Under the pieces are notes generated by a model. It made no database searches, was not told the origin of the DNA, and was given only the letters and a program-made list of their open reading frames with translations. From positions 2,304,001 to 2,368,000 of the forward strand of contig OZ219926.1 in the NCBI GenBank assembly GCA_964291405.2: a DNA stretch of 64,000 bases, written 5' to 3'. Position numbers and translations under genes: made by a program. This DNA comes from Thermodesulfobacteriota bacterium. GTDB taxonomy: Bacteria; Desulfobacterota; Binatia; Bin18. Positions 9,641 through 19,403 of this stretch are shown in pieces (position 1 is the first letter of the stretch; each line of letters opens with the position of its first letter).

Positions 9641-10837
9641 ATGACTGCCTTGGCTGGACTGCGGATTCTTGACCTGACCGACCTCAAAGGGGCCATGTGC
9701 GCCAAACTCTTTGGCGATATGGGGGCGGATGTCCTCAAGATCGAGCCACCGGAGGGGGATGCCACGCGTCGCATTGGTCCGTTTCTCGATGGCCAACCGC
9801 ACCTCGAGCGGAGCCTGCTGTTTTGGTTCTATAATACCAGCAAACGGGGCATCACCCTCGATCTGAACCAGCAAGCCGGCCAGGAGTTGGCCAAGCAGTT
9901 AGCAGCAAAGGCGGACGTGCTGGTTGAGTCAGCCGCGCCAGGGACACTCGCCCGGCTCGGCCTGGGCTATGATGAGTTGAAGCAGCTCAACCCAAATCTG
10001 GTGCTCACCTCGATTACGCCTTTTGGACAGACCGGACCTTACCAATCCTACCGCTCCTCGGACATAGTGGCCGAGGCCCTTGGCGGCATGATCTGGACCA
10101 ACGGGTTTCCCGATGAGCCGCCGCTGCACGCCATGGGCCTGCAAGCCTACCATAGCGCCTCCTTTTTTGCCGCGATCGGTACGCTGTTGGCCCTGTTGAC
10201 GCGGGATAGCCTCGGCGAGGGTCAGTGGGTGGACGTCAGCATACAGGAAGCCGTTGCCGGGGCCGTGGAACATGTGGCGCCGTTTTATCATCAGGGGCTG
10301 GGCATTGAGAGCCGGCGCGGCAGCCTGCACTGGAGCCGCTATTTTCGCGTGGCTCGGTGTCGTGACGGCTACGTCATGCACTGCTCGTTGGGGGATTGGA
10401 CCTCGCTGGTCGAATGGGTCAAGGGCGATAAAAAGGCCCAGGATCTTGAGGATGCACGCTGGGAAGATCTGGTCTATCGAAGGGAGCATGCCGAACACCT
10501 GTTCGATATCCTTGATGACTGGGCCAAGGACTACAGCGTAGCTGAACTCATGGAAGGCGCCCAACTCCGGCGCATTCCGTATGCCATGGTCCAACCACCC
10601 GAAGCCTTAGTGGACGATCCCCAGTTGAACGACCGTGGCTTTTTCTCCACTATCGAGCATCCAGAGTTGGGCCGAACCGTGCAATACCCCGGTGGTCCCA
10701 TTCATTTTACGGTGACACCATCGCGCATTGCCCGCCGTCCGCCCCTCCTGGGCGAACACAACAGTGAGGTATATGGTAACGATCTCGGACTTGGGGCGAA
10801 CCGCCTCTCAGCTCTGAAGCAGGCAGGCGTGATTTGA
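9641..10837 (+). CDS. Family III CoA-transferase, BbsE-like subunit
   Basis: GDMGADVLKIEPP, NTSKRGITLDL, TPFGQTGP, LGEHN. Confidence 0.9.
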   Translation: MTALAGLRILDLTDLKGAMCAKLFGDMGADVLKIEPPEGDATRRIGPFLDGQPHLERSLLFWFYNTSKRGITLDLNQQAGQELAKQLAAKADVLVESAAPGTLARLGLGYDELKQLNPNLVLTSITPFGQTGPYQSYRSSDIVAEALGGMIWTNGFPDEPPLHAMGLQAYHSASFFAAIGTLLALLTRDSLGEGQWVDVSIQEAVAGAVEHVAPFYHQGLGIESRRGSLHWSRYFRVARCRDGYVMHCSLGDWTSLVEWVKGDKKAQDLEDARWEDLVYRREHAEHLFDILDDWAKDYSVAELMEGAQLRRIPYAMVQPPEALVDDPQLNDRGFFSTIEHPELGRTVQYPGGPIHFTVTPSRIARRPPLLGEHNSEVYGNDLGLGANRLSALKQAGVI

Positions 10838-10843
10838 GCTATA

Positions 10844-11725
10844 ATGTCCCATAGTCCAGATGGCCTGACTCAGTCCAAAGAAAAGAGCTCTCTCAAAGTG
10901 AAACCGATACCTGTGATTGCCGCTCTCCTCATCGTGGCCAGTCTGGTTTCCATTCGAACAGATTCCCTCCGTACCGGAGAAAAGAGTAAGCGTGTCCAGT
11001 ATCCCATGTCTAGTGGAGGACACGTTTACTCTTCTGAGACCGCTTCTCCTGTGAGCGCTTGGCAACAAGTCGCTACCCTCTTTCCGCATACACCTGGCAG
11101 CCGCTGGGTCTATCGGCTGTCCGGCGCGTGGTATGAGACCGAGGCTGAGCTCAGCGTGGAGGTGAAAGGACGGCAGCATATCCCGTACCTCCAGCGTGAC
11201 GCCGTGATACTGGACGAAGCCCACCCCGGCGTCACGCCGACCGCACCCAAGGATATCCTGCCGATCTTATACTACTTCCATGAGGGCTATCTGGTCCGGA
11301 ACAGCAACCATGCCTACGGTGATAATGAGCACACGAACTTAGTCTCAACCGGGACCATAGGCGAATCGTTTGCACCCGTCTTGCCGCCCGACCTCACCAG
11401 CCAGAGCGTAAACCCAAGTGAAGAGTGGCAAGAGGTCTGGGTAGGCGCATGGGCCGAAGAGGCTCAGCTCTCGACGCTCTACCGCTTTGGACCGGAGCAG
11501 GAGCCGGTGGTGGTCACGGCCGGGACGTACACCGACTGTCTGCGGGTGGAGACTCAACTTGTCCGGACGAGCGGACGCGGTTTTCACTATACGGAATGGT
11601 ACACTCCTGGCGTCGGCATGGTGAAAAGTACCGCCACCGATCTGGTGAGCGGAAAAATTGTTGAACAAAAGGAACTGGTTACGTTTCAACTTGTGCAGGG
11701 TAAAACCGAGGAAAAGAACAGCTAG
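10844..11725 (+). CDS. Exported/membrane-anchored hypothetical protein (TapB/DUF3108-like beta fold)
   Basis: N-terminal hydrophobic helix; VTAGTYTDCLRV...EWYTPGVGMVK motif; start may be the GTG at 10898. Confidence 0.65.
   Translation: MSHSPDGLTQSKEKSSLKVKPIPVIAALLIVASLVSIRTDSLRTGEKSKRVQYPMSSGGHVYSSETASPVSAWQQVATLFPHTPGSRWVYRLSGAWYETEAELSVEVKGRQHIPYLQRDAVILDEAHPGVTPTAPKDILPILYYFHEGYLVRNSNHAYGDNEHTNLVSTGTIGESFAPVLPPDLTSQSVNPSEEWQEVWVGAWAEEAQLSTLYRFGPEQEPVVVTAGTYTDCLRVETQLVRTSGRGFHYTEWYTPGVGMVKSTATDLVSGKIVEQKELVTFQLVQGKTEEKNS
10981..11034 (+). repeat. Palindromic element family A, in frame within CDS
   Basis: AAAGAGTAAGCGTGTCC-N20-GGACACGTTTACTCTTC; encodes KSKRVQYPMSSGGHVYSS. Confidence 0.9.
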
Positions 11726-11824
11726 GATTCCGGGGGATGTAGAGAAGAATCGTGAGTCTGCTAGAATGACAATATTGTCCATTTTGATCGTACTGTATTT
11801 ATCCAGGAGAGAGAAAACAGCGTC

Positions 11825-12718
11825 ATGAGCGAGCCCATTATCCTAACAACAAGTGTAGAGGGACTTCCTCCACCCCGCCGCGGAAAGGTCCGTGATATTT
11901 ACGAAACCGACGACTATCTGTTGATCGTTGCAACCGACCGGGTCTCGGCCTTTGATGTCGTGCTGCACGAAGGCATACCGGGCAAGGGGCGGATCCTGAC
12001 CCAGGTGTCCCGCTTTTGGTTTGACCGCCTGGCCGACATTGTGCCGCACCATCTCATTTCGGTTGACGTGGATACGTTTCCGGCTGTGTTTCAGTCCACC
12101 CGTGACAGCCTGGCCGGTCGCTCCATGTTGGTCAAAAAAGCGGAACCGCTACCGGTTGAGTGTATCGTTCGGGGCTATCTGGCCGGGTCCGGCTGGCAGG
12201 AATATCGGGCGAGTGGAACCGTGTGCAGCATTCCGCTGCCCTCAGGATTAGAGGAGAGCGCCCGGTTGCCCGAGCCCATCTTTACCCCCTCAACCAAGGC
12301 CCCGCAGGGCGAACACGACGAGAATATCGCCTTTGCGGAAGTCGAACGCCTCATTGGCACGGACCTGGCAGCCCAGGTGCGGGACCTCAGCCTGGCCCTG
12401 TACAAGAACGCCCACGCCTATGCGGAAACCAAAGGCTTTTTCCTGGCGGACACCAAATTCGAGTTTGGCCAGTGCGACGGTCAGCTCATTCTTATTGATG
12501 AAGCCTTTACGCCGGACTCGTCGCGCTTTTGGCGGAGCGAAATCTATCAGCCCGGTAAATCCCAGGACAGCTATGACAAGCAGATTATTCGGAATTATCT
12601 GATTTCCCTGGGTTGGGACCGCAGACCGCCCGCTCCGCATCTGCCGCAGAAGATTATCGATCAGGCGGCCTCCCGCTACCAGGAAATCTACGAAAACCTG
12701 ACTGCTACAGACGGCTAA
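11825..12718 (+). CDS. purC: SAICAR synthetase
   Basis: GKVRDIY, TDRVSAFD, ECIVRGY, ADTKFEFG, TPDSSRFW, SYDKQ. Confidence 0.97.
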   Translation: MSEPIILTTSVEGLPPPRRGKVRDIYETDDYLLIVATDRVSAFDVVLHEGIPGKGRILTQVSRFWFDRLADIVPHHLISVDVDTFPAVFQSTRDSLAGRSMLVKKAEPLPVECIVRGYLAGSGWQEYRASGTVCSIPLPSGLEESARLPEPIFTPSTKAPQGEHDENIAFAEVERLIGTDLAAQVRDLSLALYKNAHAYAETKGFFLADTKFEFGQCDGQLILIDEAFTPDSSRFWRSEIYQPGKSQDSYDKQIIRNYLISLGWDRRPPAPHLPQKIIDQAASRYQEIYENLTATDG

Positions 12719-12734
12719 GCCTACGAGCATAAAC

Positions 12735-13691
12735 ATGGCATCCGGTATCGGCCTCTGGATCGGTTTCACCCTGATTGTTCTCGGCCTGCTGTTCCTGGAC
12801 CTGGGAGTCTTCCATCGTGAAGCGCGTGAAGTGTCGCGCAAAGAAGCCGGTATATGGAGCACGGTCTGGATCGGCCTCGCCCTGGTCTTTAACGCCTGGA
12901 TTTATTATACCAGCGGCTCGGAGCCGGCCCTGGAATTTCTCGCCGGCTATTTGATCGAAAAATCGCTCAGCGTGGACAATATTTTTGTCTTCTTGCTGAT
13001 TTTCTCCTATTTTTCCGTTCCCTTGGCCTACCAACATCGCATTCTGTTCTGGGGGATTCTGGGCGCACTCATCATGCGCGGGATTTTCATTGCCCTCGGA
13101 GCGACGCTGCTGCACTATTTTCACTGGATCATCTATCTCTTCGGCGCTTTCCTGATCTTCACCGGGGTCAAGATTGCCGTTTCGGATGAGACCGAATCCG
13201 ACCCGGAGGATAATCCGGCCATTCGACTCTTACGGCGCATTCTGCCGGTCACGGACAAATACGAGGGTCAACACTTCTTCGTCCGGCATCAGGGGAAGCT
13301 CTTTGCCACCCCTCTCCTGGTCGTCCTCGTTTCCGTAGAAAGCACGGACTTGGTCTTTGCGATCGACTCGATTCCTGCCATTTTTGCCGTCACCGACGAC
13401 CCCTTCATCGTCTACACCTCAAACGTCTTTGCCATTCTGGGCCTGCGCGCCCTCTACTTCCTGATTGCCGGCGTGCTCGATCTGTTTGTCTATCTACGCA
13501 TCGGCCTGGGCGTGGTGCTGGGCTTTGTTGGCGTCAAAATGCTCCTGGTTGACGTGTATCCCATCCCGATTGGCCTCTCTCTGGGCGTGATCGCGCTTGT
13601 CCTGACCGCGACGATCGTTGCTTCGCTGCTCTTTCCGCCCTCCGAGCCGGAGAGCCCTCAGTCCAAGGAAGATATTTCTGAGGCGGTCTAG
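12735..13691 (+). CDS. terC: TerC/Alx family membrane protein
   Basis: EKSLSVDNIFVF, DLVFAIDSIPA, TSNVFAILGLR. Confidence 0.93.
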   Translation: MASGIGLWIGFTLIVLGLLFLDLGVFHREAREVSRKEAGIWSTVWIGLALVFNAWIYYTSGSEPALEFLAGYLIEKSLSVDNIFVFLLIFSYFSVPLAYQHRILFWGILGALIMRGIFIALGATLLHYFHWIIYLFGAFLIFTGVKIAVSDETESDPEDNPAIRLLRRILPVTDKYEGQHFFVRHQGKLFATPLLVVLVSVESTDLVFAIDSIPAIFAVTDDPFIVYTSNVFAILGLRALYFLIAGVLDLFVYLRIGLGVVLGFVGVKMLLVDVYPIPIGLSLGVIALVLTATIVASLLFPPSEPESPQSKEDISEAV

Positions 13692-13699
13692 GTTGCCCC

Positions 13700-14947
13700 A
13701 TGTCCCCCCCACAAAAAGGCCGACGCGCGCTTGAAGGCGTCCGCATTCTTGATTTCACCTGGGTGGTCGCCGGTCCGGTCGCGGTCCGTATCCTGGCCGA
13801 TCAGGGTGCCGAGATCATTAAAATCGAGCGGCGCGATACGTTGGACTTGGGGACACGGCGCGGCGGCTTTTCCGGCAATTTGCACCGGGGTAAGGAGAGT
13901 ACGGTTATCAATATGGCCGACCCGCGTGGGATTGAGATCGCCCAAAAACTCGCAGCTATATCGGATGTCGTGATCGACAATTTCAGCGCACGGGTCATGC
14001 GTAACTGGGGGCTCGACTATGAGAGCCTCAAAAAAATCAAGCCCGATATTATTGCGGTCTCCATGTCCGGCTTTGGGCATACCGGGCCGCACAAGGATTA
14101 TGTCAGTTATGGGCCGACGCTCCAGGCTTTGTCCGGCTATACGCTCCAGATGCGTCATCCCGGTCACGAGCCGGCTGGCTGGGGCTATTCGTATGCGGAC
14201 ATGACCGGTGGCTATAGCGGCGCGCTGGCCGTATTGATGGCCCTGTGGCATCGCAAACAAACCGGTCAGGGGCAATTCGTTGACCTGGCACAATTTGAGG
14301 CTATTTCCAGTCTGGTTGGGCCAGGCTTGCTCGACATCCTGAATAATCAGACGCCCAGTGAGCCGGTCGGCAATCGTTCCCAGGAAGCGGCGGCAGCGCC
14401 GCACGGGGTGTATCGCTGCAAAGGTGACGACCGCTGGTGCGCGATTGCCGTCTTCACCGAAGCAGAGTGGCAGAGTCTGTGCCATGTCTTGGGGCAACCG
14501 GCCTGGACGCGCGAGACACGCTTTGCCACTCTTGCAGACCGTCTCCAACATCAAAACGCTTTGGACGCCCAGATTGAAGCCTGGACGCAGCAGCATACGG
14601 CAGAAGAAGTCATGACCCGCCTGCAAGAAGCCGGTGTCGCCGCTGGCGTGGTTGCCAACGGGGAAGATTTGGACCACGACCCGCAACTGCGGGCGCGAGG
14701 ATATTGGGCGCAGTTGCCGGCTCAGGAAGGCGGAAAGACAGAAGATGTCATACTCGACGGGCCGCCGTTCAAACTCTCGAAGACGCCAGGCTACGTGGCC
14801 ACCCCAGGCCCGCTGCTGGGCGAGCATACGGATAGCGTGCTTCGCCGCCTGCTCAACTATTCCGATCAGCAGATCGCTCAACTCAAAGCAGAGCGCGTCA
14901 TCGCCTCGCATGCAGAGATTCATGCAGAGCGGACAGCACAGGACTAA
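13700..14947 (+). CDS. Family III CoA-transferase, BbsF-like subunit
   Basis: DFTWVVAGP, DNFS, SYADMTGG, APHGVYRC, LLGEHT. Confidence 0.9.
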   Translation: MSPPQKGRRALEGVRILDFTWVVAGPVAVRILADQGAEIIKIERRDTLDLGTRRGGFSGNLHRGKESTVINMADPRGIEIAQKLAAISDVVIDNFSARVMRNWGLDYESLKKIKPDIIAVSMSGFGHTGPHKDYVSYGPTLQALSGYTLQMRHPGHEPAGWGYSYADMTGGYSGALAVLMALWHRKQTGQGQFVDLAQFEAISSLVGPGLLDILNNQTPSEPVGNRSQEAAAAPHGVYRCKGDDRWCAIAVFTEAEWQSLCHVLGQPAWTRETRFATLADRLQHQNALDAQIEAWTQQHTAEEVMTRLQEAGVAAGVVANGEDLDHDPQLRARGYWAQLPAQEGGKTEDVILDGPPFKLSKTPGYVATPGPLLGEHTDSVLRRLLNYSDQQIAQLKAERVIASHAEIHAERTAQD

Positions 14948-14958
14948 GGAGGCACCAC

Positions 14959-15741
14959 ATGCCGTTTGCCTCAGTCAATGGGATTGAACTGTATTATGAA
15001 ACCCACGGAACGGGTCCAGCCCTGGTGTTAGCGCACGGTGGAGGGGGGAGTCACCTCAGTTGGTGGCAGCAAGTTCCGGCACTCTCCAAAACGTATCAAG
15101 TGGTAACCTTTGACCATCGGAGCTTCGGCTATTCCCGTGATGTAGCCACCGGCCCAGGCCCACGAGCGTTTGTTGAGGATTTGACCGGCTTACTTGATCA
15201 TCTGGGGATTCAGAGGGCGGCACTTGTGGGGCAGTCCATGGGCGGCTGGACGGTGTGCGGCTTTGCCGCTGCCTGTCCCGAGCGTACCAACGCGCTTACT
15301 TTGTGCGATACCACCGCCGGTATTGAAACGCCGGAGATCGATCAAACGCGCGCCAGCCTGCGTGAACGCGCACAGGGCAATTTGGCCCAGCTTCTCACCA
15401 GCGCATACGCCATGTCTTTTCCTAAGCGTGAACCAGCGCTGTCTTTTCTCTACCAACAGATCTCAGCCCTGAATCAGCACATCTCGCCCAATCTCGTTCC
15501 AACACTGATGAGCCTGTACACCAACGTAGCGCCCATTGTTGAGCACAATATTCCCACCTTACTTGTGGTTGGAGAAGAAGACGTACTGGCTCCACCGCCC
15601 GCCATGCAAAGCATTACGACCCGTATTCCGCAGGCACGTTTTGTAACCGTCCCCAAGGCTGGCCATTCCGCGTACTTTGAACAACCGGCGGTTTTTAACC
15701 GCTTGGTGGATGAGTTCGTACGAGAAAACCAGCCGTTGTGA
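14959..15741 (+). CDS. Alpha/beta hydrolase
   Basis: HGGGG, GQSMGG nucleophile elbow, GEED, AGHS. Confidence 0.9.
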   Translation: MPFASVNGIELYYETHGTGPALVLAHGGGGSHLSWWQQVPALSKTYQVVTFDHRSFGYSRDVATGPGPRAFVEDLTGLLDHLGIQRAALVGQSMGGWTVCGFAAACPERTNALTLCDTTAGIETPEIDQTRASLRERAQGNLAQLLTSAYAMSFPKREPALSFLYQQISALNQHISPNLVPTLMSLYTNVAPIVEHNIPTLLVVGEEDVLAPPPAMQSITTRIPQARFVTVPKAGHSAYFEQPAVFNRLVDEFVRENQPL

Positions 15742-15794
15742 CCGGCAGGGGCGGAAGTCGTCCACGTTGATTTATGGACCAAAGCGGACGGATT

Positions 15795-16829
15795 TCAGGT
15801 CATCGCCGGCAACTCCCAATGACGCTGCTGTACGGCCCGGACGTTGGGGAGCAGACCCTGGCGTTCATACGCTGGGAGCGGATGGTCGAGCCGGGCACCG
15901 TCCATTTCGTCCAGAACGTGGATCACCGAAGTTTCCAGTCCTTCCAGATCGTAGCCGCCTTCGAGAATGGCGGCGCAACGGCCCTGGGCCTGATCCCGCG
16001 CCACGCGCAGGAGAATCCGTGCCAGGGCAGTAAAGCCCTCTGCCGTGACGGTCAGACCACCGAGTGGGTCACGGGCGTGGGCGTCAAAGCCGGCGGAGAT
16101 CAACACAAACTCGGGCTGAAACTGCCGACAAATAGGATCGATCACCTCTTCAAATAGGGGCACAATGGCGGCATCGCCCCAGCCGGCGCTGAGCGGCAGG
16201 TTGACGGTATAGCCCTCGCCGCTGCCTTGGCCGGCTTCTTCGGCGGCTCCTGTGCCGGGATAGTATGGATATTGATGGGTCGAGACGTACAGCACGCCAG
16301 GGTCATCGTAGAAACTGTGCTGGGTGCCGTTGCCATGGTGCAGGTCCCAATCCATCACCAGAATCCGGCTCAACCCGAACCGTTCCCGCAGATATTGCGC
16401 CCCAACCGCAACGCTGTTGAAGAGGCAAAAGCCCATGGCCCGGTTACGTTCGGCATGATGGCCGGGCGGTCGTACCAAGGCAAAACCGTTGTCCACCTCG
16501 CCCTCCATGACCGCATCCAGAATGGTCAGCAGACCGCCGGTGGCGAGCAGGGCTGTCTCATACGACTGCGCGGACACCCGCGTATCCGCGTCAAAGGCCG
16601 CAGCTTCGAGACCGGCAGAGGCAGCGACTTGGCCAATCAGGCTGGTATCGTGGACCAAAGCGATCTCCTCATGCGTCGCCCGTCTGGGCTCAAACCGTTT
16701 CAACCCGTCACGTTCGTAGGACGCGAAGCGGCTGAGTAGGGTACCGATCCGATCCGCCCGTTCCGGATGACCCGGACCTGGGTTGTGATCCTGATAGCGT
16801 GCGTCCAGCACGATTCCTGTCTGTAACAT
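15795..16829 (-). CDS. Histone deacetylase-family (acetylpolyamine/lysine deacetylase) protein
   Basis: HPERADR, RPPGHHA, GFCLFN, DWDLHHGNGTQ, SAGFDAH, LEGGY. Confidence 0.95.
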   Translation of the reverse strand: MLQTGIVLDARYQDHNPGPGHPERADRIGTLLSRFASYERDGLKRFEPRRATHEEIALVHDTSLIGQVAASAGLEAAAFDADTRVSAQSYETALLATGGLLTILDAVMEGEVDNGFALVRPPGHHAERNRAMGFCLFNSVAVGAQYLRERFGLSRILVMDWDLHHGNGTQHSFYDDPGVLYVSTHQYPYYPGTGAAEEAGQGSGEGYTVNLPLSAGWGDAAIVPLFEEVIDPICRQFQPEFVLISAGFDAHARDPLGGLTVTAEGFTALARILLRVARDQAQGRCAAILEGGYDLEGLETSVIHVLDEMDGARLDHPLPAYERQGLLPNVRAVQQRHWELPAMT

Positions 16830-16910
16830 TGATCGCTCCTTACCGGGGCGGGGGTGTCCCCTCCTACCGTGTTCTGGCCATAACTTGCGCCAGTTTTTCG
16901 ATTATACTAC

Positions 16911-16964
16911 GAAGAGTAAACGTGTCCTCCACTAGACATACGATGCTGGACACGTTTACTCTTT
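16911..16964 (-). repeat. Palindromic element family A, upstream of tatB
   Basis: Reverse complement matches the copy at 10981 at 50 of 54 positions. Confidence 0.92.
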
Positions 16965-16983
16965 TGTAACCCGAGAGGCAAAT

Positions 16984-17286
16984 ATGTTCGGAATCGGGAT
17001 GCCGGAATTGGTGGTGATTTTGGTCGTGGCGCTGATCGTCCTCGGGCCAAAGCGCCTGCCCGAAGCGGCCCGCGGTTTGGGTAAAGCCTTTGCCGAATTG
17101 CGCCGGGCAACAAGCGGGATTACCGAAGAGCTCGATAATGCCCAGATCATGCTGGACGAAGAAGTTCGTGCCGCCGAACGCAACGCACGGACCAGCTCTT
17201 CAGCCATGCCGTCCTCTGCCTCTTCCGCCTCACCCCAGTCTTTGGAAACACCAGAAAAGAAAGAGAGCACCGGAGGGGACAACTAG
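16984..17286 (+). CDS. tatB: Twin-arginine translocase TatA/TatB subunit
   Basis: MFGIGMPEL...GPKRLPEAAR; immediately upstream of tatC. Confidence 0.85.
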   Translation: MFGIGMPELVVILVVALIVLGPKRLPEAARGLGKAFAELRRATSGITEELDNAQIMLDEEVRAAERNARTSSSAMPSSASSASPQSLETPEKKESTGGDN

Positions 17287-17289
17287 GAC

Positions 17290-18051
17290 ATGGTCTATGA
17301 CGACCGGTCCATGCCGCTCACCGGACATCTGGATGAGTTGCGCAGCCGCCTCATTCGGTCTTTGCTTGCCATCTTCATCGTCTTTCTGCCAGCCTATTTC
17401 TTTGCCAATGTGCTGTTTGCTTTTCTCGCTCAGCCCCTGCATCACATTACGACCGATCCCCATTCGCTGATTGGCACCAGTCCGACCGAAGCCTTCTTTA
17501 CAAAACTCAAGGTCGCTTTTATTGCCGCGCTCTTTGGTGCCAGTCCGGCTATTTTCTACCAACTCTGGCAGTTCGTTGCTCCAGGCTTATACCCACAGGA
17601 ACGCCGCTACGTATGGCCGTTTGTCATATTCTGTTCATTTTTTTTCGTGCTGGGGGCCGGCTTTTGTTATACCGTCGTCCTGCCGATTGCGTATGCGTTT
17701 TTTCTGGGAGAGTTCCACAGCATCGGGGTACAGGCAACCTTAAAGATCAGCGAGTATCTGACATTTACGGCCAGAACGCTACTCGCCTTTGGGGTCACGT
17801 TTGAACTGCCCGTCTTCGCCTTTTTCTTTGCCCGTGTGGGGCTTATCACCCACCATACCCTCATTGGCGCCTTCCGTTATGCCGCGGTTGGCGTATTCAT
17901 CCTGGCCGCCATCCTCACCCCGCCCGACGCCATCTCCCAAATGCTCCTCGCCGGCCCGCTGCTCCTGCTGTATGTGCTCAGCATCGGGGTAGCCTATATG
18001 TTTGGGAAAGAAGCCAGTGAGGGGACGGAGCCGGAGGAAACTGACGAGTAA
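17290..18051 (+). CDS. tatC: Twin-arginine translocase TatC
   Basis: HLDELRSRL, FVAPGLYPQE, FELP, AAILTPPD. Confidence 0.96.
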   Translation: MVYDDRSMPLTGHLDELRSRLIRSLLAIFIVFLPAYFFANVLFAFLAQPLHHITTDPHSLIGTSPTEAFFTKLKVAFIAALFGASPAIFYQLWQFVAPGLYPQERRYVWPFVIFCSFFFVLGAGFCYTVVLPIAYAFFLGEFHSIGVQATLKISEYLTFTARTLLAFGVTFELPVFAFFFARVGLITHHTLIGAFRYAAVGVFILAAILTPPDAISQMLLAGPLLLLYVLSIGVAYMFGKEASEGTEPEETDE

Positions 18052-18117
18052 CGGCCTTTTTGATAGGCCAGCGTTTCCAAGCGAGCGAAGAGATCTAGTA
18101 CGGCTCTGATTGATACA

Positions 18118-18151
18118 TCCACAATTATATTCTATAGGATATAATTGTGGA
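18118..18151. promoter_or_regulatory. 34-bp AT-rich palindrome overlapping the toxin promoter/start; likely TA operator
   Basis: TCCACAATTATAT-TCTATAGG-ATATAATTGTGGA with 13-bp perfect arms; contains TATAAT. Confidence 0.7.
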
Positions 18152-18530
18152 CAACAGACTCGATCCCAAACCCCTGCACTTTGTGGGTGACAGTGATAGA
18201 AATTTGCGGGGCTTTCCGAAGGAAGTCCGCGAGGTCATGGGACAAGCACTCTGGGCAGCCCAACTCGGCAAGAAGCATCCGGACGCAAAACCCCTCAAAG
18301 GATTCACCGGAGCCGGTGTCTTAGAGATTGTCTCCGATTATGACACCGATACCTATCGTGGGGTCTACACCGTGAAGCTGGCCGGTGTGGGGTACGTACT
18401 CCATACGTTTCAGAAGAAGTCAAAGCGCGGTATCCAAACTACCAAGCAGGATATTGTACTGATACGACAACGTCTGAGGGCTGCCGAGCAGCATTATCGA
18501 GAGCAGTACGCTCCGGGGAGAAAGCCATGA
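18147..18530 (+). CDS. RelE/ParE-superfamily (Gp49-like/HigB) toxin
   Basis: KPLKGF...VLEI...YRGVYTVK...VLHTFQKKS; ATGA overlap with the next gene. Confidence 0.88.
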   Translation: MDNRLDPKPLHFVGDSDRNLRGFPKEVREVMGQALWAAQLGKKHPDAKPLKGFTGAGVLEIVSDYDTDTYRGVYTVKLAGVGYVLHTFQKKSKRGIQTTKQDIVLIRQRLRAAEQHYREQYAPGRKP

Positions 18531-18868
18531 GTACAGATATCAAAGTAACGCCTTCAAGCGGAAACGTGTTCGCTGACCTCAATCTGCCAAATCCAGAGGA
18601 GCGCTTAGTGAAAGCGACCATCGCCTTGAGCATTGGAGAGCTGATTGAGAAACGGGGCCTCACCCAAGAGGAAGCGGGGACTATTCTTGGGTTGCCACAA
18701 CCGAGCGTCTCGAACCTAGTTCGGGGCAAACTAGGGAAGTTCACAATCGACCGGCTGCTCCGCTACATGCGGAAGCTCGACTACGACGTCACTATCAGCT
18801 TTAAGCCCAAGCCCAAATCCCGCGATCAGGCCACAATACATGTCAAGGGAGCGCCTCTGCCAGCTTAG
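18527..18868 (+). CDS. XRE-family HTH antitoxin (HigA-like)
   Basis: SSGNVFADL, LTQEEAGTILGLPQPSVSNL, FTIDRL. Confidence 0.88.
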   Translation: MSTDIKVTPSSGNVFADLNLPNPEERLVKATIALSIGELIEKRGLTQEEAGTILGLPQPSVSNLVRGKLGKFTIDRLLRYMRKLDYDVTISFKPKPKSRDQATIHVKGAPLPA

Positions 18869-18917
18869 TTCACCTCTTGAGATTATTGCCAGTATTCGTT
18901 CGTTTTTCCATATACCT

Positions 18918-19403
18918 TCACACCAACCGCTGCTCGCAATTCTGACGTTGGCTACAGTTTCGGCACTTGGCTGGCGTAGCAGGTGGGGAGAGAGGTTCGT
19001 CGAGCTGTTGACGGTGCGCTCGAATGCGTTCCGCAATACCAATCACCCGTGAACGCAGCCTGCGCGTGTTTTTCACCTTGATCCGCTCACCGTCTCTCAA
19101 AATGATGAAGCCGTAGGGGGGCCGGACGCCGTACTCTTCTTCGACTAATACCAGATACACACCGAGTTGGGCTTGGTAGCTCTCGTTCATCTGTCGTCCG
19201 GACTTCTTTTCTTCTGGAATAAAATATCGACCACGCTGGACAATCCGGTCCGGTTGCCCGCGGAGCATATAACGCTCAGAAGACAGCCGCACATCATCGT
19301 GGCTGACGGTCTTGCCGTAGCCAAAGCCGGCCCGGCGACGACCGATGAGGGCGAAGGCAAAAAGCAGGACGGAGAGGCTGAGCAGCAGCGTCAGGATAAT
19401 CAT
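18918..19403 (-). CDS. Cas4-like PD-(D/E)XK nuclease, C-terminal catalytic half with N-terminal TM helix
   Basis: GQPD...PEEKK, QLGVY (QxxxY), C-terminal CRNC-x5-C; no CRISPR context. Confidence 0.8.
   Translation of the reverse strand: MIILTLLLSLSVLLFAFALIGRRRAGFGYGKTVSHDDVRLSSERYMLRGQPDRIVQRGRYFIPEEKKSGRQMNESYQAQLGVYLVLVEEEYGVRPPYGFIILRDGERIKVKNTRRLRSRVIGIAERIRAHRQQLDEPLSPPATPAKCRNCSQRQNCEQRLV

Noticed and set aside
11768-11779. GACAATATTGTC palindrome upstream of purC
   Set aside because: A single 12-bp instance that is not repeated before purE, so it cannot be supported as an operator.
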